Source of the DNA: Ilumatobacteraceae bacterium | GTDB taxonomy: Bacteria > Actinomycetota > Acidimicrobiia > Acidimicrobiales > Ilumatobacteraceae | Length of the DNA stretch: 64,000 nt | Direction of reading: 5' to 3' | Assembly: GCA_049432165.1 (NCBI GenBank) | Contig: JBMTDQ010000004.1 | Span: forward strand, 1,401-65,400 | Shown: in pieces, positions 38,728-47,755 of the stretch | How the letters are laid out: each line of letters begins with the position of its first letter | Numbering within the stretch: the stretch's first letter is position 1 | Notes under the pieces: generated by a model | Database searches by the model: none | Seen by the model: the letters and a program-made list of their open reading frames with translations, nothing else | What the model was told of the DNA's origin: nothing | Translations under genes and position numbers: made by a program

Positions 38728-40143
38728 ATGAGTGACGACATGTGGGGCGACTCAGAATCATTGTTTGATGAGCCTGAGCGTCGACGATCTGAAGACGAGT
38801 CGAGCGCCGCAAGTCAGCCGGCGACACCATCGTTTTCTTTTGATGACGAATCAGGACCGTTGCCCCATTGGACGGAAGCACCATCGGGTGGAATGCCGCG
38901 GCCTGACGAATCCGGGGAAGATACCGAAGAGCGTTTGCCAGTTCGGTCCTTCGATGATGACGATCTTGGAATTCTTGACGACGATGTTCCCACTGGCAGG
39001 TCTGAGGATGACCTTTGGGCGACCTTTACTGCCGAACAACCGGTGTGGCAGCCAGGCGAGACCCCAGAACCGACGCGTGAATCGCCTGCGCTCGGCACAT
39101 TTGATGATCCCGTCTCTGCAGCAGATCCGGCGACAGCCGAGCAGAAGCGGATCGTTATCGGGACAGATCCTTCAGGAATGGATCGACCCAGCTCGGCGGC
39201 ACAAGCAGCCATTGGTGAGGACTCAGGTGGCACTCGTCGCCGTACACCGGGTAAGGCAAAGGCATCCGTGTCTCGACCGGGTGCGCCCGCCTCAGCTGGG
39301 CGAGATATGCCAGTGGCGACCGCAGTTGGCATTTTGCTTGTTGCGATCTTTGTTGGAACGCTCGCGTACCGACCATGGGCAGCGCTGACTCTCGTAGCAG
39401 TCATCCTCGGACTTGCAGCAGTTGAGTTCTACGACAAGGTGACCGAGAAGGGCTATCGGCCAGCGGTTGTGCCGGGGATCGTTGCCTGTGTAGTTGCGCC
39501 ACTCGCTGCCTACTGGCAGGGCGATGGGGCGTTGCCGTTAGTCGTGATGTTTGCGTTTATCGCAACTGCGGGCACATATATCGGTGCCCGCTCGGTTGAC
39601 ATTGGGCCGTTGCCAAATGTATCGATCACAACATTGCCGATCGTGTGGATCGGTCTGGCAGGAGCCTTCGCTGGGCTGATTCTTCGTTTCTCCACAACTG
39701 GGGAGGTACTGAGAGCAGATAACGGCACTGACACCCTGTTCATGTTGGCCCTCGCTGTCGTGGCAAATGACGTCGGTGCGTTGTTCGTAGGTGCGGCCGC
39801 AGGTCGAACCCCGTTGCGCTCGTGGATTTCACCAGGCAAAACAGTTGAAGGCTTTATCGGTGGGGCATTACTCACCATCGTGGTACTGATCATTGCTGGT
39901 ATCGGTGGTTGGAACACCACGTGGGATTCCACGGGTGACCTTCTTCTTCTGGCGATCGTGGTCTCGATTTTCGCCCCGATGGGAGACTTGGTTGAGTCGA
40001 TGTTCAAGCGGAACTTGGGTGTAAAAGATTTTGGCTCATTGGTGAAGGGCCATGGCGGGGTGCTCGACAGGTTTGATGGGTTCTTGCTCACGCTGCCAAC
40101 CGTGTATTACCTCACGCTGATTCTTGAGCCGTGGGCCGGCTGA
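38728..40143 (+). CDS. cdsA: phosphatidate cytidylyltransferase with a disordered N-terminal extension of about 190 aa
   Basis: C-terminal CTP-transferase signature SMFKRNLGVKDFGSLVKGHGGVLDRFD. The first 190 aa or so are acidic and Pro-rich, and precede eight TM segments. Confidence 0.88.
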   Translation: MSDDMWGDSESLFDEPERRRSEDESSAASQPATPSFSFDDESGPLPHWTEAPSGGMPRPDESGEDTEERLPVRSFDDDDLGILDDDVPTGRSEDDLWATFTAEQPVWQPGETPEPTRESPALGTFDDPVSAADPATAEQKRIVIGTDPSGMDRPSSAAQAAIGEDSGGTRRRTPGKAKASVSRPGAPASAGRDMPVATAVGILLVAIFVGTLAYRPWAALTLVAVILGLAAVEFYDKVTEKGYRPAVVPGIVACVVAPLAAYWQGDGALPLVVMFAFIATAGTYIGARSVDIGPLPNVSITTLPIVWIGLAGAFAGLILRFSTTGEVLRADNGTDTLFMLALAVVANDVGALFVGAAAGRTPLRSWISPGKTVEGFIGGALLTIVVLIIAGIGGWNTTWDSTGDLLLLAIVVSIFAPMGDLVESMFKRNLGVKDFGSLVKGHGGVLDRFDGFLLTLPTVYYLTLILEPWAG

Positions 40144-40159
40144 CGAGTACCTGACCACG

Positions 40160-41320
40160 ATGGCTCCCGTACGGGTCGCAATTGCAGGCTCAACAGGGTC
40201 TATTGGTCGACAAACGCTCGAGGTTATCTCTGCTGAGCCTGATTCGTATGTCGTCGTGGGGCTGTCGGCAGGGTCATCTGTTGACCTCGTCGTCGAGCAA
40301 GCGCTGAAGTTTCGCCCATCAGTTGTTGCGATGAGCGATGTGGCAGCCCGGGAAAAGGTCCGCGATGCCCTTGCTGGAGTGGATGGCATTGAGGTCGTAG
40401 CAGATGCCACCGAGATGTGCGGGATTGCTGATGTCGTCATTAACGGCGTCGTCGGATTCGCTGGGCTACCGGTCACGATGGCGACATTAAAGAATGGGCG
40501 GCGACTCGGGCTTGCCAACAAGGAGAGCCTTATAGCGGCAGGCCCTGTCGTGCAGCCATTGCGTCAGGTTGAGGGGGCTGAACTCATTCCAGTTGACTCA
40601 GAGCATTGCGCATTGCACCAATGTCTTCGATCATCAGTGGACACCAATCGCGAGGTGGCTCGTCTCGTGCTGACTGCGAGTGGCGGTCCGTTCCGAGGTC
40701 GCTCATTTGCGGATCTCGAGCAAGTGAGTGTTGACGAAGCGCTTCGGCATCCAACCTGGTCGATGGGACCGAAAATCACCATTGATTCTTCAACTCTCAT
40801 GAATAAGGGCCTTGAGGTCATTGAGGCCCACGAACTATTCGGGATTGAGTTCGATGAGATCGATGTGGTGGTCCACCCGCAGTCGGTGGTGCATTCAATG
40901 GTGGAGTTCACCGATGGTTCAACCATTGCCCAGTTATCGATGCCCGATATGCGCCTTCCAATTGGGTATGCCCTCGGTTGGCCAGAGCGCTTAAGGACGC
41001 CATTTGGCAAAATCGACTGGACCCAACTCTCGCAACTTGACTTTGAGCCACCAGATCGACGTGCGTTTCGATGTCTGGATCTTGCGTATCAGGCGGGGCG
41101 CTCTGGCGGAACGGCCCCAGCGGTTATCTCTGCAGCAAATGAGGTAGCGGTGGATGCGTTCATGTCGCGTCGAATCACATGGCACCAGATTCACGATGTC
41201 TCGGCCGCCGTTCTCGACCACTCAACGATTGCTATGCCGACATCGGTTGAAGAAGTCATTGATGCCGATCGTGGCGCTCGTGAGGACGCGGAGCGTGTGA
41301 TCAGTGGCATGATTTCGTAA
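40160..41320 (+). CDS. dxr: 1-deoxy-D-xylulose 5-phosphate reductoisomerase
   Basis: The ATG at 40160 gives MAPVRVAIAGSTGSIG. Other motifs are LANKESL, DSEH and GGTAPAV. Confidence 0.95.
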   Translation: MAPVRVAIAGSTGSIGRQTLEVISAEPDSYVVVGLSAGSSVDLVVEQALKFRPSVVAMSDVAAREKVRDALAGVDGIEVVADATEMCGIADVVINGVVGFAGLPVTMATLKNGRRLGLANKESLIAAGPVVQPLRQVEGAELIPVDSEHCALHQCLRSSVDTNREVARLVLTASGGPFRGRSFADLEQVSVDEALRHPTWSMGPKITIDSSTLMNKGLEVIEAHELFGIEFDEIDVVVHPQSVVHSMVEFTDGSTIAQLSMPDMRLPIGYALGWPERLRTPFGKIDWTQLSQLDFEPPDRRAFRCLDLAYQAGRSGGTAPAVISAANEVAVDAFMSRRITWHQIHDVSAAVLDHSTIAMPTSVEEVIDADRGAREDAERVISGMIS

Positions 41321-41328
41321 GAGGAATC

Positions 41329-42624
41329 GTGGCTGACAACGTGAAACAAGAATCATCTTCGCCTTCCACATGGCCGGCGCCGACCGCCTCGTCGCGGTTC
41401 GTCTCCGAGGTCGTTGCCGGTGGTGCGGTTGGTGAGCGGAACCCTGACGAGAAGGGCACCGGTGTTGTCGGCTTGCTCGTTCTCATCGGGATATTCGTTG
41501 CGATAGCGCTTGCGAACATTTGGTGGTTCGTCTTTGCGGTCGGCTTGTTGCTCTCCATTGTGTTGCACGAATTAGGGCATTATTCAACCGCTCGATGGAG
41601 TGGTATGAAAGTCACCCAATTCTTTGTGGGTTTCGGACCTCGAGTGTGGAGTGTGCATCGGCGTTCAACTGAATTTGGTGTTCGCGCGTTGCCCCTTGGT
41701 GCCTTTGTCCGAATTGTTGGCATGAACATGATGGATGACGTCGATGAGGCTGACGAACAAGAGACATACCGGTCGCAGTCGTATCCAAAGCGAATGCTGG
41801 TCATCACAGCCGGGTCGCTCACGCATTTCTTGTTGGCGTTGGTCTTGTTATCGGCAGTGTTTGCAACCCGTGGTGAGGCTGTCGTGTTGCCAGGAGCTGA
41901 AGTGATGTCAGTCGGCGAAGACATGCCAGCGGCAGGTGTTGTCGAGCCGGGGGACGTCATTTTCAGCATCGATGATCGTGTTGTCGTAGATGGTGCACTA
42001 GGTGATGTCGTCAGGTCGTTCGAGCCCGGTTCAACCGTCAATATTGATCTTGAACGTAACGGAGTGAGATCAACGGTTGCAGCGACTCTGGGTTCGAACG
42101 CATTGGTTGGAGGAGATGGGTCCTCTGCGTTCCTTGGAGTGTCGACTGTGATGCCAGTGTCGATGGAGCAACGAGCGTGGTGGGCGGCGCCGTGGCACTC
42201 GGTTACCGCGATGGGAGATCAGATGTGGATGTCGGTGAAAGGTGTGGTCACCGTTCTGAATCCCGCGAATGTTGTTGCACATCTCACCGGTGATGATGCT
42301 GACCCAATGACGAGGCCGACGACATTGGTTGGAATCACAGCGGTGAGTGACGATGTCGGGCAATCCGGTGGGTTTGCCGGAGTTATCGAGTTGTTGGCCT
42401 ACCTCAATGTGTTCGTCGGGGTTTTCAACCTTTTCCCACTGTTGCCGCTTGATGGTGGGCATGCGGCGATTGCAACCTACGAGCGTGTTCGTGAAGGTCG
42501 AACTCGCTCTCGGTATCACGCTGATGTTGCTCGTCTTGTTCCTTTGACGATGGCGGTGGTGGCAATGCTGGCATTCATGTTTATGTCGGGTTTATATCTC
42601 GACATCGTTAACCCGATTCGCTGA
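41329..42624 (+). CDS. rseP: site-2 (M50) intramembrane metalloprotease RseP/Rip1
   Basis: HELGHY zinc motif, an internal PDZ-like region, and NLFPLLPLDGGH near the C-terminus. Confidence 0.88.
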   Translation: MADNVKQESSSPSTWPAPTASSRFVSEVVAGGAVGERNPDEKGTGVVGLLVLIGIFVAIALANIWWFVFAVGLLLSIVLHELGHYSTARWSGMKVTQFFVGFGPRVWSVHRRSTEFGVRALPLGAFVRIVGMNMMDDVDEADEQETYRSQSYPKRMLVITAGSLTHFLLALVLLSAVFATRGEAVVLPGAEVMSVGEDMPAAGVVEPGDVIFSIDDRVVVDGALGDVVRSFEPGSTVNIDLERNGVRSTVAATLGSNALVGGDGSSAFLGVSTVMPVSMEQRAWWAAPWHSVTAMGDQMWMSVKGVVTVLNPANVVAHLTGDDADPMTRPTTLVGITAVSDDVGQSGGFAGVIELLAYLNVFVGVFNLFPLLPLDGGHAAIATYERVREGRTRSRYHADVARLVPLTMAVVAMLAFMFMSGLYLDIVNPIR

Positions 42625-42634
42625 GGAGAATTCG

Positions 42635-43873
42635 ATGGAAGTCACAGGATGGTCAGGGGAGCGCCGTAAGACTCGAGTGATCAACGTTGGTGGTGTGCCC
42701 GTCGGCGGTGACTCGCCGATCACGGTTCAATCGATGACGGTCACGAAAACGGCTGATGTCGAGGGGACCCTTCAGCAGATCTATGCGCTTGCGGCAGCGG
42801 GATGTGACATTGTTCGATGCACCTGTAATGAGTCTGAAGCTGCGGTTGGATTGGCACAGATTGTTCCGCGGTCACCAATTCCGGTCATCGCTGATATCCA
42901 CCATCAATACAAGATGGCACTCGCCGCGTTGGAGGCGGGTGTGCACGGTCTCCGCTTGAACCCTGGAAATATCCGCCGACCTGAACACATCAAGGCGGTG
43001 GCAGCAGAATGTCGAGACCGTGGAGTCCCAATCCGCATTGGGGTGAACGCTGGGTCACTTGACCCGGACCTGTATGAGAAGTACGGCGGAGCAACACCAG
43101 AGGCGATGGTCGAGTCGGCGCAGCGTGAACTGGAGTACTTCGGTGAGGTCGATTTTGACCTCGTGAAAATTTCGGTGAAGGCCTCGAGCGTTCCACTCAT
43201 GGTTGAGGCGTATCGCCAGCTCGCCGAGGTGACGGATCACCCGCTGCACCTTGGGGTCACCGAGGCTGGCCCGCCCCCCGCCGGCTTGGTGAAAGCAACT
43301 GCCGGTATCTCAACCCTGCTTTTGGAGGGGATTGGCGACACCATCAGGTACTCGTTGACCGCTGACCCCGTTGAAGAGGCGCGGGCCGGCCGTCAATTGC
43401 TTGAGGCCCTTGGGCTTCGTGAGCGAAAGAATGTGGATCTCATTGCGTGCCCGTCTTGCGGTCGAGCCGAAGTTGACGTGATCGAGGTTGCACAGAAGGC
43501 GATGGAGGCCTTTGGTGAGCGTCAACTTCCGCTTCAGGTAGCAGTGATGGGTTGTGTGGTGAACGGTCCAGGCGAGGCCCGTGAGGCTGACCTTGGGATT
43601 GCAGCGGGCAACAAGCGTGGCCATTTGTTCGTGAAGGGACGCAATGTCGCGGTTGTTCCCGAGGATGAAATGGTTGGAGCGCTGGTTGAATGGGCTGAGT
43701 TCATTAGTGAACATGGCACCGAGGCAGCGATCGAGCGCGCTGACACCGAACGCGCTGAGCGAGAAGCAGCCAAGGACCGGTCGATGCTGCTTGAGGAGCA
43801 GGGCGATGACGCAAATAACACGACTGAGAGAATTGTTGAGATTGGGCGGCGCCTTTCCGGCGACAACTCCTAG
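42635..43873 (+). CDS. ispG: 4-hydroxy-3-methylbut-2-en-1-yl diphosphate synthase
   Basis: VQSMT, LRLNPGN, CPSCGR and GCVVNGPGE cluster ligands. Confidence 0.96.
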   Translation: MEVTGWSGERRKTRVINVGGVPVGGDSPITVQSMTVTKTADVEGTLQQIYALAAAGCDIVRCTCNESEAAVGLAQIVPRSPIPVIADIHHQYKMALAALEAGVHGLRLNPGNIRRPEHIKAVAAECRDRGVPIRIGVNAGSLDPDLYEKYGGATPEAMVESAQRELEYFGEVDFDLVKISVKASSVPLMVEAYRQLAEVTDHPLHLGVTEAGPPPAGLVKATAGISTLLLEGIGDTIRYSLTADPVEEARAGRQLLEALGLRERKNVDLIACPSCGRAEVDVIEVAQKAMEAFGERQLPLQVAVMGCVVNGPGEAREADLGIAAGNKRGHLFVKGRNVAVVPEDEMVGALVEWAEFISEHGTEAAIERADTERAEREAAKDRSMLLEEQGDDANNTTERIVEIGRRLSGDNS

Positions 43874-44743
43874 CTAGCTATTGAGTTCAGCGATCGCTTC
43901 GGCTGTGGCGAGAACACGACGTGCGTTATCGACATGCAGGTTTTCGATCATGCGACCATCAACCGTGATCACCCCACGACCCTCGCTCACTGCCTCATTG
44001 AATGCTTCGATCACCCGCTTGGAGTAGTCGATGTCGGCCTCTGATGGGGCCCACACATCATTTGCCGGTTCAACCTGGGTGGGGTGGATAAGCGTTTTGC
44101 CGTCAAATCCGAAGGCTCGTCCTTGTTCTGCTTCGGCAAGGAACCCTTCAGCATTTTTCACGTCGTTGTAGACCCCGTCGAGAATCACTTTGTCGGCCTC
44201 GCGTGCACCAAGTAGAGCCGCCGCGAGGTGGGGGAGCAGCGGTGCACGATCGGCCTGCTGCTCGGCGCGAAGTTCTTTCACCAGGTCATTCGTTCCCATG
44301 ACGAGCACATTGACGCGCGGGTGAGCTGCGATCGATCGAACATCAAAAATTGCAGTGGGAGTCTCAACCATTGCCCAAATCGTCATTTCTTCTGGGGCAC
44401 CTGCTGAACGAAGCTGTGCATCGACGTCGTTCAAATGATTAGTCGACGTCACTTTAGGAATGACAACAGCGGCTGCGCCCGATGTTGCTGCCGCAGCAAG
44501 GTCGGCTGCTCCCCAAGGGGTATCGAGACCGTTACAGCGAATCGTCAATTCACGATTGCCGTATTCCCCAGAAGACGCAGCGGCTACAGCATTGACCCGG
44601 GCAGCATCTTTGGAATCAGGTGCCACGGCGTCCTCTAAATCAAAGATGATCGCGTCGGCCGGAATTGTTTTTGCTTTTTCGAGCGCACGTTCATTTGCGG
44701 CTGGCATGTAGAGAACGGATCGACGTGGTCGAAGTGAGGTCAT
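43874..44743 (-). CDS. HpcH/HpaI aldolase/citrate lyase beta (CitE)-like protein (malyl-CoA lyase/thioesterase family)
   Basis: The ATG at 44743 lies 1 nt after the upstream stop. RRSVLYMPA, IFDLEDAV and ETP...I are CitE-like motifs. 289 aa. Confidence 0.8.
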   Translation of the reverse strand: MTSLRPRRSVLYMPAANERALEKAKTIPADAIIFDLEDAVAPDSKDAARVNAVAAASSGEYGNRELTIRCNGLDTPWGAADLAAAATSGAAAVVIPKVTSTNHLNDVDAQLRSAGAPEEMTIWAMVETPTAIFDVRSIAAHPRVNVLVMGTNDLVKELRAEQQADRAPLLPHLAAALLGAREADKVILDGVYNDVKNAEGFLAEAEQGRAFGFDGKTLIHPTQVEPANDVWAPSEADIDYSKRVIEAFNEAVSEGRGVITVDGRMIENLHVDNARRVLATAEAIAELNS

Positions 44744-44744
44744 G

Positions 44745-45800
44745 TCAGGCTCCCAACTCGTATAGAGCGGCGAGCTCCGGATCGCTCGCAGCGAGTTGCT
44801 CGGCGAGACGTACAACCACTTGGCACTGCTTCACCGATGCATCGTCTTCCATTTTGCCGTCGAGCATGATGGCTCCTGTTCCGTCGCCCATTGCCTCAAT
44901 GACTCGGCGGGCGTGGGCAACCTGATCGGCGGATGGAGAGAAGACCTCTTTCGCTACTGCTATTTGGTCGGGGTGCAGACTCCAGGCTCCGACACATCCG
45001 AGAAGGTAGGCATTGCGGAACTGGTCTGCGCATGCAGTGGTATCACGGATATCACCGAATGGGCCGTAGTACGGCAGGATGCCTGCCATTACACAGGCAT
45101 CGACCATGCGAGCGATGGTGTAGTGCCACAGGTCTTGCTGGAAGGTAGACCGCTCTGCCTCAGGGTTTTCCGGGTCAGGATCTGACCGAACGAGGTAATC
45201 GGGGTGTCCACCACCGACTCGGGTGGTTTTCATTCGCCGGTTGGCGGCGAGGTCAGCTGGTCCGAGCGAAAGTCCTTGCATACGAGGTGATGCCAAGCAG
45301 ATTTCCTCGACATTCGCTACACCGCGGGCGGTCTCAAGAATGGCGTGAAGCAGGATTGGTCGAGTGAGACCAGCCTCTGCCTCGAGTTGTGCAATGAGCC
45401 GATCGGCATAGTGGATGTCCTCGGCACCCTCGACCTTCGGAAGGATGATGACGTCAACTGCGTGCCCTGCTTCGAGCACAGCGGCACGAATGTCGGCAAG
45501 GCACCAAGGTGAGTCGAGACTGTTGACTCGGGTCCACAACTGGGTTGTTCCAAAATCAACGTTCTTCGCAACATCGACAAGACCGGCACGGGCAGCGTCT
45601 TTTTCTGCCATCGGAACACCGTCTTCTAAGTTGGCGACAAGGACATCAACTTTGCCGACAAGTGATGGCACTTTGCTGCGCATCTTCTCGTTATTCGGAG
45701 GGAAGAAGTGCAGCATTCGGCTCGGCCGGAATGGAATCTCGCGGACGGGTTCTGGAGCGCCGACGGCGAGGGGGCGGAAGAAGTCTTTAGGTGAACGCAC
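44745..45800 (-). CDS. mcl: L-malyl-CoA/beta-methylmalyl-CoA (citramalyl-CoA) lyase, Chloroflexus Mcl-like
   Basis: 351 aa. FRPLAVGAPEPVREIP...HFFPP, NLEDGVPM, GLSLGPADLAA, TTRVGGGHP, QQDLWHYTIARMVD and GAWSLHPDQI match, from memory, the Mcl family along the whole length. Confidence 0.8.
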   Translation of the reverse strand: MRSPKDFFRPLAVGAPEPVREIPFRPSRMLHFFPPNNEKMRSKVPSLVGKVDVLVANLEDGVPMAEKDAARAGLVDVAKNVDFGTTQLWTRVNSLDSPWCLADIRAAVLEAGHAVDVIILPKVEGAEDIHYADRLIAQLEAEAGLTRPILLHAILETARGVANVEEICLASPRMQGLSLGPADLAANRRMKTTRVGGGHPDYLVRSDPDPENPEAERSTFQQDLWHYTIARMVDACVMAGILPYYGPFGDIRDTTACADQFRNAYLLGCVGAWSLHPDQIAVAKEVFSPSADQVAHARRVIEAMGDGTGAIMLDGKMEDDASVKQCQVVVRLAEQLAASDPELAALYELGA

Positions 45801-45809
45801 ACCCAGACG

Positions 45810-46244
45810 CTACGCGCCAGAAGCATCGTTTGAAAAACTGCGCAGCCAAGCAGGTAGCCGGGTTGGCCGACCCTCGGGGGTGACGGCACCGTGCACAGTG
45901 ATACCGGTTGAGTGAATCGCGCCCTCTACGGTCAGCAGGTACACCATCTGAAAGGTTGCTCGGGTGACTGGTCCCATGGCGACATGTACGTCAACAACAT
46001 CATCAAATCTCAACGGTTGCCGATATTGAACCCCTGCTTCAAGGACAGCCATGTCGACACCTTCAGCCCGAATTTCGTTGTACGGATGGCCGATGTGGCG
46101 CAGGTACTCGACTCGAGCTTCCTCGAGGTAGGGCAGATAGCGACTGTGGTGGACGATTCCCATCGCATCGGTTTCGGCAAAACGCACGCGGATGCGGTGC
46201 GAGAAGTCGTAAGCCGAGGCGTCAGTTGGTGGTTCGATAGACAT
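45810..46244 (-). CDS. acyl-CoA thioesterase, hotdog fold (4HBT/YbgC type)
   Basis: The ATG at 46244 gives 144 aa. RVRFAETDAMGIVHHSRYLPYLEEAR is the typical YbgC/4HBT N-terminal motif with the catalytic Asp. Confidence 0.8.
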   Translation of the reverse strand: MSIEPPTDASAYDFSHRIRVRFAETDAMGIVHHSRYLPYLEEARVEYLRHIGHPYNEIRAEGVDMAVLEAGVQYRQPLRFDDVVDVHVAMGPVTRATFQMVYLLTVEGAIHSTGITVHGAVTPEGRPTRLPAWLRSFSNDASGA

Positions 46245-46291
46245 TCTCACAACCCTCGACCGTATCGTGCTGGTGTGAGGAGTCGTGGACA

Positions 46292-46759
46292 ATGACCCCA
46301 GCAGTGCAGTTCCTGACCGAATACAAGATCTCTTTTCGTCTTTGCGAGTACGACCATGATCCCGCAAACACAAATTTCGGTATTGAAGCGGCAAACGAAC
46401 TTGGACTCGATCCAGATCAGGTATTCAAAACGCTCATCGTCATCGCAGGAGAAGACGAGATGTGCGCGATCGTTCCGGTCAGCGGGCAACTGTCGTTAAA
46501 GGCGTTTGCGAATGCAGTGGGGGTGAAGCGCGTCGAGATGTGCCCACCAGAGCGTGCTCAACGAGCCACCGGCTATCTCGTCGGTGGTATTTCGCCAATC
46601 GCTCAGCGACGTTCGCTGGTAACGGTGATCGATGAGACCGCACTCTTGTATGACGAGGTGTTCGTCAGCGGAGGTCGCCGCGGGCTCGATGTCGCAATCG
46701 GTCCCGATGACCTCCTAGCGGTCACGAGCGGAATGTTTGCCGATATCGCTACCGGTTGA
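46292..46759 (+). CDS. ybaK: Cys-tRNA(Pro)/Cys-tRNA(Cys) deacylase YbaK/EbsC
   Basis: 155 aa, with VFKTLIV and GGISP...VSGG motifs of the YbaK family. Confidence 0.88.
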   Translation: MTPAVQFLTEYKISFRLCEYDHDPANTNFGIEAANELGLDPDQVFKTLIVIAGEDEMCAIVPVSGQLSLKAFANAVGVKRVEMCPPERAQRATGYLVGGISPIAQRRSLVTVIDETALLYDEVFVSGGRRGLDVAIGPDDLLAVTSGMFADIATG

Positions 46760-46770
46760 GGTGAGTTCAA

Positions 46771-47691
46771 TCAGATCCCTGATGGGTGACGAAGAGCGGC
46801 TTCGATGCGCGCAACTCGCGTGCGCGCAGGTGGATGCGATGCCCGCAAGCGTTGGCGCCAGCCAATGCTGCGTTGGCCGCCACCGAAGGTGATTACGCGG
46901 TTGAGTGCGGCAACGAGCTCATTTCCGTAGCCCAATTGAACACTTCGCTGATCTGCGTCGAACTCTGAGCGATGTCCCACGAGATTTCCCACTGCATCGC
47001 TGGCGTACAGGACGCTGAGAAACACCCACGACACGCCGGTAAGCACACCGGCGATGACCGTACCGACTGCGGTGAGTGCAGATGAGTGTGCGACAAATGT
47101 TTCGGTTGCCGCACGGGCAATGTTCTTCAATGCGAAGCCAATGCGAGCGAGAGCGATGATTGGCAGGGAGTACCAATGGATCAGTGTGAGAGAAATCGTA
47201 TGGAGGCCCAGGTGGTGGGATAATTCGTGAGCGAAGACACCGGCGAGCTCGCGTTGATTGAGGTTCCGCAGGGAGAATGACGTGGTAACCACCATGTGTC
47301 CGCCGCATGCGAAGGCATTGAGTTCGTCGGCATCGATCACCCGTAACACAAACCTATTTGGGTCAATTCCTGCAGCCGCACTGACCTGTTCCCAAATCGG
47401 TTGAGCAACATCGTGTTCCTCGGAGGTGAGTGATCTGGCGCCGAGAGCGGGGCTAAGAACCAGAGTCTGAGCGAACCGAAGAAACAGACAACATGCCCCC
47501 AGCGTCCATGCGATTGGAACCACCCAAAAGGACAGGTTGATGCCGATGAGATTGAGTATGGCACTCACCGGAATCCAGATGAGTCGCAGCGAAATTAATG
47601 AAAACGGCAGCACCACCGCAAGGGGAGCGAGCGCAGCAAACGAGGAAAGATCGACCCTTCTGCGGTGAAGATGCGGTGGTGTGCGATCCAC
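46771..47691 (-). CDS. M48 family zinc metalloprotease (HtpX-like)
   Basis: N-terminal TM helices, an HELSHH zinc motif, two more TM helices, and a downstream EFDAD third-ligand region. Confidence 0.8.
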   Translation of the reverse strand: MDRTPPHLHRRRVDLSSFAALAPLAVVLPFSLISLRLIWIPVSAILNLIGINLSFWVVPIAWTLGACCLFLRFAQTLVLSPALGARSLTSEEHDVAQPIWEQVSAAAGIDPNRFVLRVIDADELNAFACGGHMVVTTSFSLRNLNQRELAGVFAHELSHHLGLHTISLTLIHWYSLPIIALARIGFALKNIARAATETFVAHSSALTAVGTVIAGVLTGVSWVFLSVLYASDAVGNLVGHRSEFDADQRSVQLGYGNELVAALNRVITFGGGQRSIGWRQRLRASHPPARTRVARIEAALRHPSGI

Positions 47692-47755
47692 GGGTATGAG
47701 GTTACGCAGAGTGCCGAGGGGTTTCTCATCGCTTCATGTCAGGCAGAATGTAACG

